From the NCBI GenBank assembly GCA_040357565.1, contig JBDODJ010000037.1: a stretch of DNA of 64,000 nucleotides; one strand, 5' to 3'. The position numbers were made by a program, and so were the translations under genes. Of this stretch, positions 1-12,400 are shown one piece after another. Source of the stretch: Cercozoa sp. M6MM (Eukaryota > Protista > Endomyxa: Ascetosporea). Each line of letters begins with the position of its first letter. Position 1 is the stretch's first letter. A model generated the notes under the pieces. The model saw only the letters and a list, made by a program, of their open reading frames with translations. It was not told the origin of the DNA and ran no database searches.

Positions 1-36
<36 letters not shown>

Positions 37-131
37 ACAGGGCGGTAACTACGACAGGGCACGCGCGCTGACGATGCTGCTGCTGCTTGTAATCCGACGC
101 TCACCGTACCCTCCACTTATACCCTTTTGCT

Positions 132-169
<38 letters not shown>

Positions 170-288
170 CCCACCAACCACTTGGGAGGACAGGGATGCA
201 CCAGCAGCGCGTCGCGAATCTGTGGCAGCGTGACACGCGGCACGTCGACGCTGCGCAGAGCCTGTCCAAGCACATTATACATACGCAG

Positions 289-336
<48 letters not shown>

Positions 337-346
337 NNNNNNNNNN

Positions 347-397
<51 letters not shown>

Positions 398-2230
398 ACA
401 CACAAAAGGAGGAGGAAGGGAAATACCTCAACCAGAGGCATCGGACGAGTGTGCACTGTCACATGTCCCTGCGCCGACAGCAACTGGCACGTAGCCGCAC
501 CAGCGCAGTCGAAGAAAGCACCCAGCGCAGAGGCTACGCCACGGTAACATAGGAATAGGCAGATAGGCAGATACAGACCCACACGGAGGAAACTGACGCC
601 TGTACCTGGCACAAGAAAGCCGGGGGTCTTGGCGGCGCATGCGAGCACCCAAGCCTCCAGTCGCGCACTCCGACTCTATCGGGATGACATGGTAACAACA
701 GGAGAGGTAGATACTCGGTAAAAAAGATAGATAGGGATAGGGGGACACCTCGACAGGCAGCGCGTGCACGTGGCGATCGAACTCGTCAAAGCGCATGGCG
801 AGTCGCATGTCAAACTCGACCACAGGCGCTGCTCGGTGTCTCTGTTCAAACCAGATCTAGTGAACATAGCTGGTGCTATATAAGTGTGGCAGGAAGAAGG
901 ACAACACACGCAAGGGAACAAGGGACGCGTCGGGTACTCAGCGCGCCAGTCGACACCTTCAGAGACACCGGCGTCGTGGCACTCGGTGCTGCCTTCAGTC
1001 AGGTAGTGAACCTGCCCGTCACGGATCGCGTGCGCCGGTTCTCCGAGTGGCGACAGCACGCGATCACTCACCTCGTGACCGGTGACACCGACGGTGACAG
1101 TGCCCACACGCAGTACACCATCATACTCCTTGCTGTAAAACTGGGGAGTCTCGTCACTCACAGGGCGCACCTGACCGATCACGACGCGCAGGGTGCCCTG
1201 CGGGTGTTCGTGTGTGTCTGCACCAGCCACGTGCAACAACCGCGTATCAGTGACTGCGACTGAGGCAACTTATAACAAGCAAGGGGTACCGAGCTGTTCA
1301 TCGAACACGGTGGCTCCGTCGATCACGAGGCGACAGCGACCGCCGAGCGACAGTTCCTGTCCATTAGGGAGACGGGTACACGTGTATGGGGTACGTATGC
1401 GTATGTGTATGGAAGATACCACATGATGCCATCTGCGCAGTGGTAGTGGAGTGTGCGCGCGCACGTGTCCACAGTGACCGTGCAGTGCACCATCCGAGAC
1501 GCAGAGCTGCACGAGCGAGGCACGTGTCGGAGTGCCCACACGCAGCAGCGGCACGTCACCGGTCACGTGGCACCACAGGCGCAGGCTCACCTTGCCTGCC
1601 ACTGCCACACACACACACACACACACACTCATATTCACCAAGATGCAGGGTGGAAAGAGGAGGTACCAGACTGCACGTTGTGCATCTGCAGTGACGCATC
1701 GGGCAGGCGCAGTTCGGCGTGCGGCACCAGGTGCGCCACACTGCACGCCGACACGAGCTCGCGCAGGCGCGGCAGCGGGCAGCACTCGTGCAACACGGCG
1801 GACTCTTGTGGCGACACTTGCACCTGCGTGCAGTGTGCCGATTAGCACCAAATCACAACGAGTGTTGCTGAGTACCGAGACAAGACGCCGCAACAAGAGC
1901 CAGCGCAAGTGATCACGGTGCTGATCACTATCAGCGAGTGCATCGTCGTCGATGCCGTCAAGGGCAGTAACCGTAGTGTCAGTGGCGGTGTCGGGGCGGT
2001 GCAGCAGTGCCCAGTCGATCTGTCGCAGTAACTCAGCGACGGCACCGTGACGACACAGTTGTAGTGCGTTGTGCACGCGCTCGCCTTCCTATGTTTCAAA
2101 CCACATGGGCGACTACACAGATTGAGTGAGTATGATACACATAGGGAAAGCAGTCGCGTTAACAAGACCGTCCGTGTCTTGGCCGTCAATACGTGCCGTG
2201 CACACAGCGTAGACTCGCTATCATTCTGCA

Positions 2231-2280
<50 letters not shown>

Positions 2281-3610
2281 CACTTGCCAGCATACATAGG
2301 ACAGTCACATGCAATGTGTGCCTACCTCGGTGGTGCTACACAGTGTCAACAACGCCACCAGCGGCACTCCGTTGTGCACAGTATTGCCTTCTGCAGATTT
2401 CATGCGAATACAGCGGTACAGCAGGGGAGGGGAGGGGGACAGCACCCTCATCGCGCAGCAGTGCGAGCGACATTAGCGCCTGCACCAGGGTCTCACGTTC
2501 TGTCCTGACGCTCGTGGTAACCGCCCGCACTAGCGTCTTCTTTGTCAGCGCATCCTCTGCACAGGGACAGATTACAACAGCCTTCAAGCTTGTATAAATA
2601 TGCGCACGTGAAGTACCCAAGGCGACGCCATTGCGCGGGTGCTCGTTAGTCGAGATATCGAGCACGTCGAGCACTCTGAGTCGTATCTACAAACAGATGA
2701 GTAGTGTTGCGTGTTGATTGAGCATTTCAACACAAACGACTCAATGTACAGGTAGGTCGTTCTGCTGCGCAAAAAGTGCCGCCAGGAGCGAGACACCTGC
2801 GGCATCGGCGAAGGCGTCCTTGGCACGTTGTGACTGTTGCAGCGCCCGCTGCAGCACACCGAGCAGCGCGCGCAGTTGCTGCACACCCGAAGGTGGTTGT
2901 TCTGTCTCGGTGCTACACTGAGTGAGTGCCGTGAGAACACTGCGAATATGCGACGCGTTCGTGAGTCCGCACAGGAGTGATTTGGCCTGCACAGACACAC
3001 GCCCAAAATCCCTCCAGCAAAGATGGGCATGGAGTAGCATCAAAGTGGCAGGGAGTACAGCATTGTCGTGGGCAATGCGAGCCAGGGCACGCGTGTACAG
3101 TGGCGACCGCTGCAGCACCTGCACAGCGGAATCGCCGGCGACCTCCTCACTAAGCATGGCGGAGCGACTGCAGGCATCACCGACCAGAGCGAGCAGTGCG
3201 TTCCAAACCGTGCTTTCACCGTCATTTTCAGCATCACGATCAGCGTCATTTGGGTCAGGTGACGGTGGCGGCAGCAACATCAGCGCCTCCAGTACTCCCG
3301 ATTCCACAAGCAGCGACTGAGCGTGCGACAGGTGCGACACGAGCTGCAATGCCTGGCGCCACACGCATTGCACTTTTGGTGTCACGTGCGTACCACAAGC
3401 TGTCACCGCCCGAGTCAACGCTGTGCACCGCCGCACGCATACACCATCAGAAGCACAAGCAGGATGCAACATGCAGGACGCAGCGCAAAAGACAGTACCC
3501 TTTGAAAGCGCACGCAACTCTTGCAGCGGCCGAGCTTCTTCGGCGCCAAATCGGAGCAACTGCAGCAGCGACTGGCGCACTTCATCCTAATGCAGTGTAC
3601 ACATACACAA

Positions 3611-3649
<39 letters not shown>

Positions 3650-5728
3650 GATAGTGTTGGCACATTGAGAAAAGTACCTGTAGGGTGAAGAACTGTGCGC
3701 ACAGAACAGTCGTCATTTCGCGGAGAGCTGCCACGTTGCCCTGGTGCTGCAGAAGAGTGTCAGTCAATCGAGAGAGATAGAGAGGTAAAGAAAGCACCTG
3801 CGAGACGAATACGAGAAGTTCGTTGACAGCGGCATGCAGGAAGGTGTCGCTGCACACACGTATATATGTGAATATGGTGTAGAACGTAGGTGTACCGCTG
3901 TGCAGCGGCACTGCTAAGCAGCACACGCTGAAGCTGCAGCAGCAAGTCTCGGTTGCGAAGCAAAGGCGCATCGTCCTCACATGCCTCTCTGCGGCGCACA
4001 TTCTCCACACGTACAAGCACACTGTAACAGAGATACCGATTGTCCTCGTCGTCGTCGATGGGAACACAGGCGAACTGCAGTGCCTGCGAGAATACGGCAA
4101 CGGCAAGTTGTTCGTACTCTTCTTGCTGTTCTCGTTGCTGAGATTGACGGTGTCGCTCGGATGAGGAGTGTCCACCCAACGACAGTAGAGAACTCAACAG
4201 TGCACCTACATATAGATTAGCATCGACCGCAGAACTAGACAGTTGCACAAGGTTACCGATGTGCACAGGCAACTGGAAGTGAACGCAGCACTGCTGCGCT
4301 AGCGTGCCTTCGTTGTCGTCACGAATCGCCGTCTCCTGCAGGTGCGTGTACACTAGTGAGAATATGAGAGTCTCTCTTGAGACTGTACCTTGAGCAGCTG
4401 CAGCAAGCGGTGCAGCGTGTCGCACAGAAACGACGGTGGCAAGTGACGCGTTTGTGACAGCACGCGCGTGATTGCACCTGCCGGTAGCCATGCCGTACAC
4501 ATCACCAACAATTGCACCCACCAGGCTGCCCAGTACCAAGCATCTGCTGGCGTCGCATGCAGCGTCGTAGCAGAGCGCTACGCGCATGCGCTCCGCTGTC
4601 CAAAAGCGCTTGCAGCACTTGTTGCGACACAGCCTGTGTCTCGCCTGTTCCGTGAACACGCAAAAACACGTGCATGCGCAGACATGTGATACAGGAATGT
4701 GTGACAGGAATATACGCTGCCAGTCGTTCACAGGGATCCGCAGAGCGCGCTGCAGGTCACCAGTGCGAGTAACTGCATCGACACAGCACTACACACAAGC
4801 ACATGGTACGTGCATCAATGGTGTGACAGTGGCGGCGCCAGACGAATACCTTGAAGGGCAGGAGAGCTCGAAGCAAACGAAGCAGCACGTGGCGCGCGCG
4901 ACGGCACGGTTCCGCTCGCTGAAGTCCGTGCCGTCGCACGACGTCCTGTTGCAGTGCTTGCGCCTGTTCATGAGGAACGCACACATGCAGGAACCGAATG
5001 GGTGCCATGAATCCGCAAATACCATAAGTACGCGCAGAAGAAGAGGCACAAGGCCCTGGACGGCTTCGGCGAGTGCTTCAGTTTGCACCAGTTCTGTTGA
5101 AAGCGGTAGGTATACAATGGTACATTGTGCAAACAGATATGATATGAGTACCAGCGATGAAGAGCATCAGTGCACCGTCCTCGCGCTGGGACATGAAAGG
5201 TTTCGAGGCCAAAACCACCTGCACAGACAGGAAGTATCGAGGAAGGCAAAGGGCAGATGGAGGAATACAAAATGTGAGCTACCTCGGAAAGGGTGGAGTC
5301 ATCCGCCGACTCCAGCTGAGCAGAAAGCAATCTCGTCATCAGTCGTAGCACTAAAGTTTAACAGCCAAAGGATATGAGCTACTTGCATAGATAAACAGAC
5401 ACAACGCTATAAGTTACATTCGACGGTGTCGTCCAACATGGCACCTCCGTTGCATTCGTCGAGGTGGCATCTTAACTGTCAACACACGCACAAAGCAATC
5501 AACACAACCTGTGTCCATGACGTTAAAATAGTTTGTGTACCTGCTCGCACAGAAAGTGATCAACAAAGCTCGCGCTGGACACAATGCCATCGCCTCGTTG
5601 CAGCAGTGTGTCGAACTGACAGATCAAAATGTCGTCAACGCGCGACAACAAGAATTCTTCAAAGGTACCTGCCCCCGAAGGGAATGTTGCGTGCGCCGGC
5701 GCGTCCACCGCTGCTTCAGAAACTGCAT
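1..5728 (-). CDS. Large multi-exon helical scaffold with a ConA/LamG-like domain; probably the N-terminal half of a BEACH-domain protein (WDFY3/LvsA/SPIRRIG-like). Runs off the window start
   Basis: Spliced minus-strand exons from MQFLKQRW (ATG 5728). Leu-rich helical segments include AKDAFADAAGVSLLAALF, which resembles the KDxFxxxGG helix of WDFY3-type proteins. LamG-like motifs SLRLWCHV, PLRRWHHVV and CRLVIDG lie at ~1280-1600. The BEACH/WD40 end itself is not in the window. Confidence 0.5.
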
Positions 5729-6497
5729 ATTGGCGGCGGCCCTGCAAACGAAAAAAAAACAACATTGTGGTGGAACTAGTTGTGTCGTAAAATGACCTAC
5801 CGCACACAATGCAAGTGCAGGCGAGCGCCACAGGTGCGTCAGCTTGTGCTTACTCGGATTATATCCTATTAGGCTGATCAGCACGTTGCTAGTGTAGTCC
5901 AATGGCACTCAAAAAAAAAAATAGTACAGCAAACTAGTAGTTTTCCTAAAAAACCGATCGCGCGATCAATGTGTGGCCTTTTGGCACTCTGACCTTGGAT
6001 CAGTCTGAGTTTTTCCAGCTTTCTCGATACTCACAAGCAACTATCTCTCAAGTCATGGCGCCAGGAGGGCAAACCACCCTGCTAACCCAAATTAAATGCC
6101 GCTGGTGTCGGGAACTTGGGATTTTGAACTGTACGGTTGGTACACCTTGGAAGAGTATTAAAGTTGTTGACTCCGATTGTACAGTACTTGTTCTACTTCG
6201 ACTGTTAAGTCAGTCGACTGTTTAAAAAAAAGCTGATCCAACAGTGCACGCGTGTTGTGAAAACTGTCCACTGATCGCAACATTTTTTTAAAAAAGTGGG
6301 ACATCAAGCCCGTGCAGCATCCGACACTTTCAGCTGTTCTCAATAGCGTACTGACATTGTTCTGAGCTACTTTGCGCTCCGAAAAGGCGCGTGGATCAGG
6401 ACGTGTGAACAGATTCCCCAGGTCGTCTGCTGTGCGTCTAACTCACTTCAGGGACGGTCTAGTGCTGCACTAGTGCCGTAGCAGACCAGGGGTCGCG

Positions 6498-9400
6498 ATG
6501 TGGCGACGCTTTGTTCTTGGACTGGCTGCCCTGTCGGGTGTGTTTCTTTTCTGGTGGGTGACGTTTTTTTTTTCTATGTGCTTGGTGGCCGATCAGGCAT
6601 TGGCCAGGCAAGCCCAGAGGCGTCGCTGCTCGGTTTTACCCTTTCGTACGACTCGTACACTGATGGATCCGACACGGTGTACGATGTCAAGATTGATTCG
6701 GCGTACTCGTCGAGTTCCACAAGTGACTTCTCGGCCGGCTCGCTCATCCATGACCTGGCGCGTGTCAAGCTCGGCGACAAAACCGTCGATATGATCGGCA
6801 ACGTGCAGAACACAGGTGGACCGATCATCACTGCGTCGCAGCGCGTCTCGCTCACGACCGATGCATCAGAGTTCTCCGTACCGCATCATTCGCGATCTTT
6901 AGACCCCCCCCCCATTTGCTCTTTGTGTAGGTTGCAGCAGAGGTGACGGCAGTCATCAACGACGAGCTCAGTTTCGTCGCAGCCTCGCAGATTGGTTTCG
7001 ACTCCACCTCTGGCAGCAAGGGCTCGTCGGCGCGCGCCGCCTTCGTGCCGTACTTGTCGTTCAGCAAGTTGGAGTTGCCGGTGTGGCCGGCCGATGAAAC
7101 CACGGTGGTGTCTGACTGTGTGGCCAAGTCGCTCAGCAGTGCGATCACGGTGTCGTACAATGGCGGTCTGGGAACCTGCGACATCGTCAGCACTCTTGCC
7201 GCTGGTGTGAGCGAGTTCTTCGTTTTCGAGGTGCAGACGCAGCGCCGTCTCGGCAACACGCTGGTCGACACGCAGGCTCCGCTCATCTATGCCATGACGG
7301 TGATTGGTGGCTCAGGCACTGTGTCGCCGCAGGTCACATCCTTCTCGGGTGGCGCTCCGTTCGGCTCGCACTACGAGATTGACTTGGCCAGCCAGCTGTC
7401 CGTGCCTGGCAGTCAACTCGTGGCCACCGGTTTGCCGGACGGCTCGTCGCTCTCTGCTTCCGGTGTGCTGACGCTGCGTGCTGACGCCGGTGACGACAAG
7501 TTTGTTGTGTGTGCCTTCACGGGCACGCCCTCGAACCTGGCGTACAGCGGCTGCTACAACGTCGACCCGGACGCCACGGAGCTCACGACACTGACGGCTA
7601 CGATTGCGGATTTTTCGCGCACGTTCGGCGATTTTGCCGGTGTTAAGGTGTGTTGTACAACCGTATTGTACTGGCTCTGTTTTAAAATCATTGTTGTTGT
7701 TTCGCAGTCTAAGGCGCACGCTTCGTGGACGTCGGACGGCACGCTGCCGAGTTGGGCGTCTATCAGCAACCGCCTGGCCGTTGCCGGTCCCGCCGCGCAC
7801 TGTGTCGACGTTCAAGGCCACCTTGACAGTGGCAAGTGCTACTTCCGCAACTCGGGTGTCAACGCTGCCTGGCTTCGCGCCACGCATCCGATCACGTTCT
7901 TCGCTGAGGTGCCTTGTTGCTCATGTCTCTGTTGTAACTGCATCTGGAGCTGGGGTGGTGAAGTGCAATTATTTTTGTTTGTTGCTTTGTTGCGCAGGGC
8001 GACAAATTGGTTTTCCGTGCCGATCCGTTTTACCCGATCGATTATCAGATGCTCGGCAACGAATTCGCTGCTGACAACGTGTACTACGAGCACAACGGCT
8101 ACTTCTCCGTCTACTTGGAGGAGACACTTGATGCCACTGCTGGCGACGTTGTCTACTTCAAGGCCAACGGCTACCTTTTGGTAACACACGCACACGGAGA
8201 CCATAAAATGTGTTCCTTTTTGGGGTTGCAATACTGATACATGCTGTGCAGGTCGAGCTCGTCCTTGACGGCGGCTCGACGACCACGCTCTCCTTTGACG
8301 AGGCTGGTGGCGTCCGCAGCTCGACACTTAGCACGGGCATCTACACGGTCAAGATCTACTACCTGCATGCCACTGACGCCTACGAGCCGAAGCTGGCCAT
8401 CACGCTGCCGAACAAGCGCGAGTGCGACGTTTCCACAGCGCCGAAGGCGTTCGACTACCCGGCGACGCAGGCCTTTAACGACGGCACACTCGCCAAGACG
8501 GCCGAGGCTTCGCTTGGTGCGTCAACGGCCTCTCTCGTGCCAGCTTCTGTGACGAACTCGTACCAGGCCTTCGGTGTTGCGTACAAGAGCCTGGTGCCTC
8601 TGAGCGGTGGCTTCGTCACGCAGTTCAAGGTGAAACAGCCGACGGCGCTCGGCAGTGACTACCCGGGCTTTGTCCTGCGCATTTCGGACGACGATCCGGC
8701 AACGTTTGGCGGTGCGGCTTTCTTTGGCTACGCCGGTGAGGCTACTTCGGCCAACCAGCTCGCCATTGAGTTTGACTACGAGGTCAACAACGACGCGAGT
8801 GCTGGTGACAACCAGAACGACCCGAACTACCACCACATCTCGATTCACGCGTTTGGCAAGATTTCCGAGGACGATTCGGGCCGCTTCATCTCGCAGACGG
8901 GCGATGCTTCTAACAACAAGCTCATCGATTCTGTTCAGGTGAGGCTTTGCATTGGTTGTGCGCGCTCGTGTATGAGTGTGTTGTGTTGTTGTGTGTGTAT
9001 GCTTGTGTGCTGTGTATATCTATCTGTTTTTCGTAGATCCCAGGTGCGTTCGACTCGACTTCTGCGCTCAGCAGTGGTATCTACTACCGCGTAACTTACA
9101 AGCCGTCACCCGAGACGCTCCTCATCGAAGCGAGCACCAACGGTGCCTCTTTCACTACCATCATGGTATGTTCTTGCCTTTCTCCCACTGTTGAAATGTT
9201 CGAACGTCCCGTTTTTTCGCAGGAGCGACAGTTCGTGGCCACGCGTTCGCTGGTGGACAACATCATCAAGTCGGACACTGCTTACTTTGGCCTCATGACC
9301 GGTCCGATGCGCCCGGCGTCGAACTCGCCGACGACGCGTGCGGTCACCGTGGAGGAGTGGTTTGTGCGCACACCCGAGGTGTCACCCAACGATGTGTCCG

Positions 9401-12400
9401 TCGTCTCGTCTGCCGAGCAGGCCGTGGCCTCGCTGCTGCCGATCCCGGCCGTGTGGAAGGCTCGCGATTCTTGCGGCGCGGACGTTGGTGTGCTCGCCAC
9501 GCCATTTACCATGTCGACGGCGTCACTGCTGTGCTCGTTTGACGGCTCTGCCACCTGTACGACGACGACGTCGGCCGGTGAGATGAGCGCTCCGGGTGCT
9601 CGCTTCATTTCTCAGGCGCAATCTGGCGGTACCGTTGCTGTGTTTCTGTGCGGCTGCGTTTGTGGCATGTGTGAGTTGGACTTGAGCAGGTACCTCTGGT
9701 GTGCTGCGAACTTTCGCCACTGTTGGTGGCAGCTTCATTCCGCGCCCGATGGTCACGCGTGTGTCGGCTGCGTGGGCTTCCTCGCTTACGTCGGTTGAGG
9801 TTCTCGGCACCAACTACGCCGGTGACACTGTGACAGTCAACGTGCGACCGATCGACTCGTTCGGAAACGCCGTGAAGTACCCGAGCGACAAGATCAAGCT
9901 AGTCGCTATCTCCGGTCTCAGTGGCACGCCGAGCGCGCTCACCTGGGACAACTCAAACAAGAAGCACGTCGGCACGCTCGTTCCCATTGAGGTAGTTGTT
10001 TCTAAGATCATTGTGCTCGCTGGGGGCTCTATTGATTGTACGTTTAACGTTTTAGGCTCGCAACTACGTGTTTGAGGCGTACGTGAACACGTTCGAGGAC
10101 ATCAGTGTTGTGTCTTTGCCGGTCGCCATCGACGCTAAGGATCACGCCGATTCGCAGGTCACTGTGAACCCGCGTATCACGAGCGTCAAGGCTGGTGCCA
10201 CCGTCACGTTCACATACACGCTGCGCGACCAGTTTGGAAACCTGCTGACGGTGCAGCCGACTGGCACGGTACTCTACACTGGTTGTCACTCTCGAGCGTT
10301 AATATGTGTTTTTGTGCGTGTTTGATACAGTTTAAACTGTTCAACGCTGGTGCCGCGTGCACGACGACGCCGAGCACGCCTTACAAGCTTGTGTGTGATT
10401 ACTCGGACACGCAGGCGGTGACGGCGTCGCCACGCGATATGGAGCTGTTCTACGAAGGCACGAAGATGACTCTGCCGGTAAACGGCCAGGCGCAGCTCTC
10501 GGTGACAGCGAGCGACGAGACGTCGTTTCCGCACTCGCGTCTAAAGATCGAGGATACGCTCATGAGCAAGACGTCACCGGTCACGCAGATCACTGCTGGT
10601 GACGCGCTCATTTTCTCGGTACCTCCTTGCATGTGTGTGTGTGTGTGTGTGTGTGTGCCTTGCATTCTGATAATTTCCAGGTGGAGTGTCATGACCCGTA
10701 CGACAACATTCGCACGTCGACAACAGCGATGAGCATCACATACGACATCATGTTCGGCTCGACCAAGATTGTGGACGCTCGTAGTGCCTCTGTTATCTGT
10801 CCGTTCGATGTGACGATTGCTTCCGGCGTGCTGACGACGGTGGACGCCGAAGAACTGTCCGTCGTGGTGACGGCAGCGCCGGGGAACACCATCGGCCAGA
10901 TCGGCAGTCACGTGAGCAACAATGAGGCCTTCCCGGTCAGCATCGTGCACGGTGACTTTGACCGTACGGTGTCGACGCGCACCTTCTTAACTCCTGGCAC
11001 GATCGATGCTGGCACGGAGGTGCGCGTGCAGCTGTTTTTGAAGGACGCCTATGGCAATGCCGTTCTGCCGGCGTCGTCCAACGGCATACAGACCGGCGAT
11101 ATCGCGGTGGACTGGCGATCAGAGAGTCTCGCCGCTGTCGCCTCGGTCGAGAACGCTGCCACGGGTGAGTACCTTGTGAAGTTCACGCCGACGGTGGCCA
11201 CCTACGATCCAGCCGACCTGTCCGTGCTCGTCAACGGACTGCCGGTGCAAGACGCGCTCACTCTCACGGTGCTCCCAGACCAGTCAGCGATCGCGCTGCC
11301 GTTGCCGTCGAACCTGTACGGCGGCAGTGCGCTCGTGACCGTGCGCAAGGATCTCGAGTCGTCGTTCTGGGCCACGGCCAAGGACGAGCACGGCAACATT
11401 CTCGATTTGCAGTCGCGCAATCAGCTGGAGGCGCGTGCCTACATTGACAGCGGCTTGGGTGCGTGCCAGAAGTGGATGGATTCAAGCACTGCCCCCGACC
11501 TCACCTTGACCATCGGCGTGGTCGATCTCAACGTCGTTGCCAACGAGCGCGGTGTTTGGCAGACTAAGTTCACGATTCCGGACGGCTGCGTCTCGGGCAC
11601 GTCGTTCGAGATAATCTTGCACGTGGCTGCAGCTGGTTTCGACTGGAGCACGGTTGCCGATCCCACCGACACGAACGGTGCCACCTTCGCGATGTCGGCC
11701 ACTCCGGACTTCATTGACGCCGACTTCAAGTACCCGGCGCGTGTCGTGTTGTCTTCGTTTGATTTCACCGCCGGCACCGAGTTCTCGATCGATGTGCGCG
11801 ATTACGATCCGCGTGTATGTTTTTGTTTTGTTTCTTCGCATGTGTACTGTGTGCGTATCGAGGAATTGGGTGCGTAGGTGAACATCGACACGTGCGAAAA
11901 CAACGGCAATCCGGAAAGTTTCGCCATCATGGACAACTGCAAGATTGATGGCACCCGACAGGACTGCCAGGACGGTCAGTTCTCGAATGACTACATTGTG
12001 AACTGGACGCCGTCGTCGACCTGTACGCAGCTGTCGCACGGAAAACTCACACCGGTCGGTACGCTTTCCGAGTGCGAATCCTACTCGGAAACAAACGTCA
12101 ACACGCCTCCCACTGTTTTGGCTGATTGCAACGGTGTCGTCCTTTCTTGTTGTTTGTCTTGGTGTTGTAACATGCTTAACGTTGGCAGTTGCCTTGACAA
12201 CGACGTACACGTCATCGACGGCCGTGGACAACCAGAACGGTCTGTACAACCTGCCGTTCGCAGCCACCAAGGCCGGTATCTACCGCCTGTCGGTCAGCAA
12301 CCTGGCCGAGGAGATCATGTTCCCGAACTACTACCATTGCGACGGCTGCACTGCCGGCACTGTGCCGTACAACTCGTACCTGTGCGCTGGCTACGACTGC

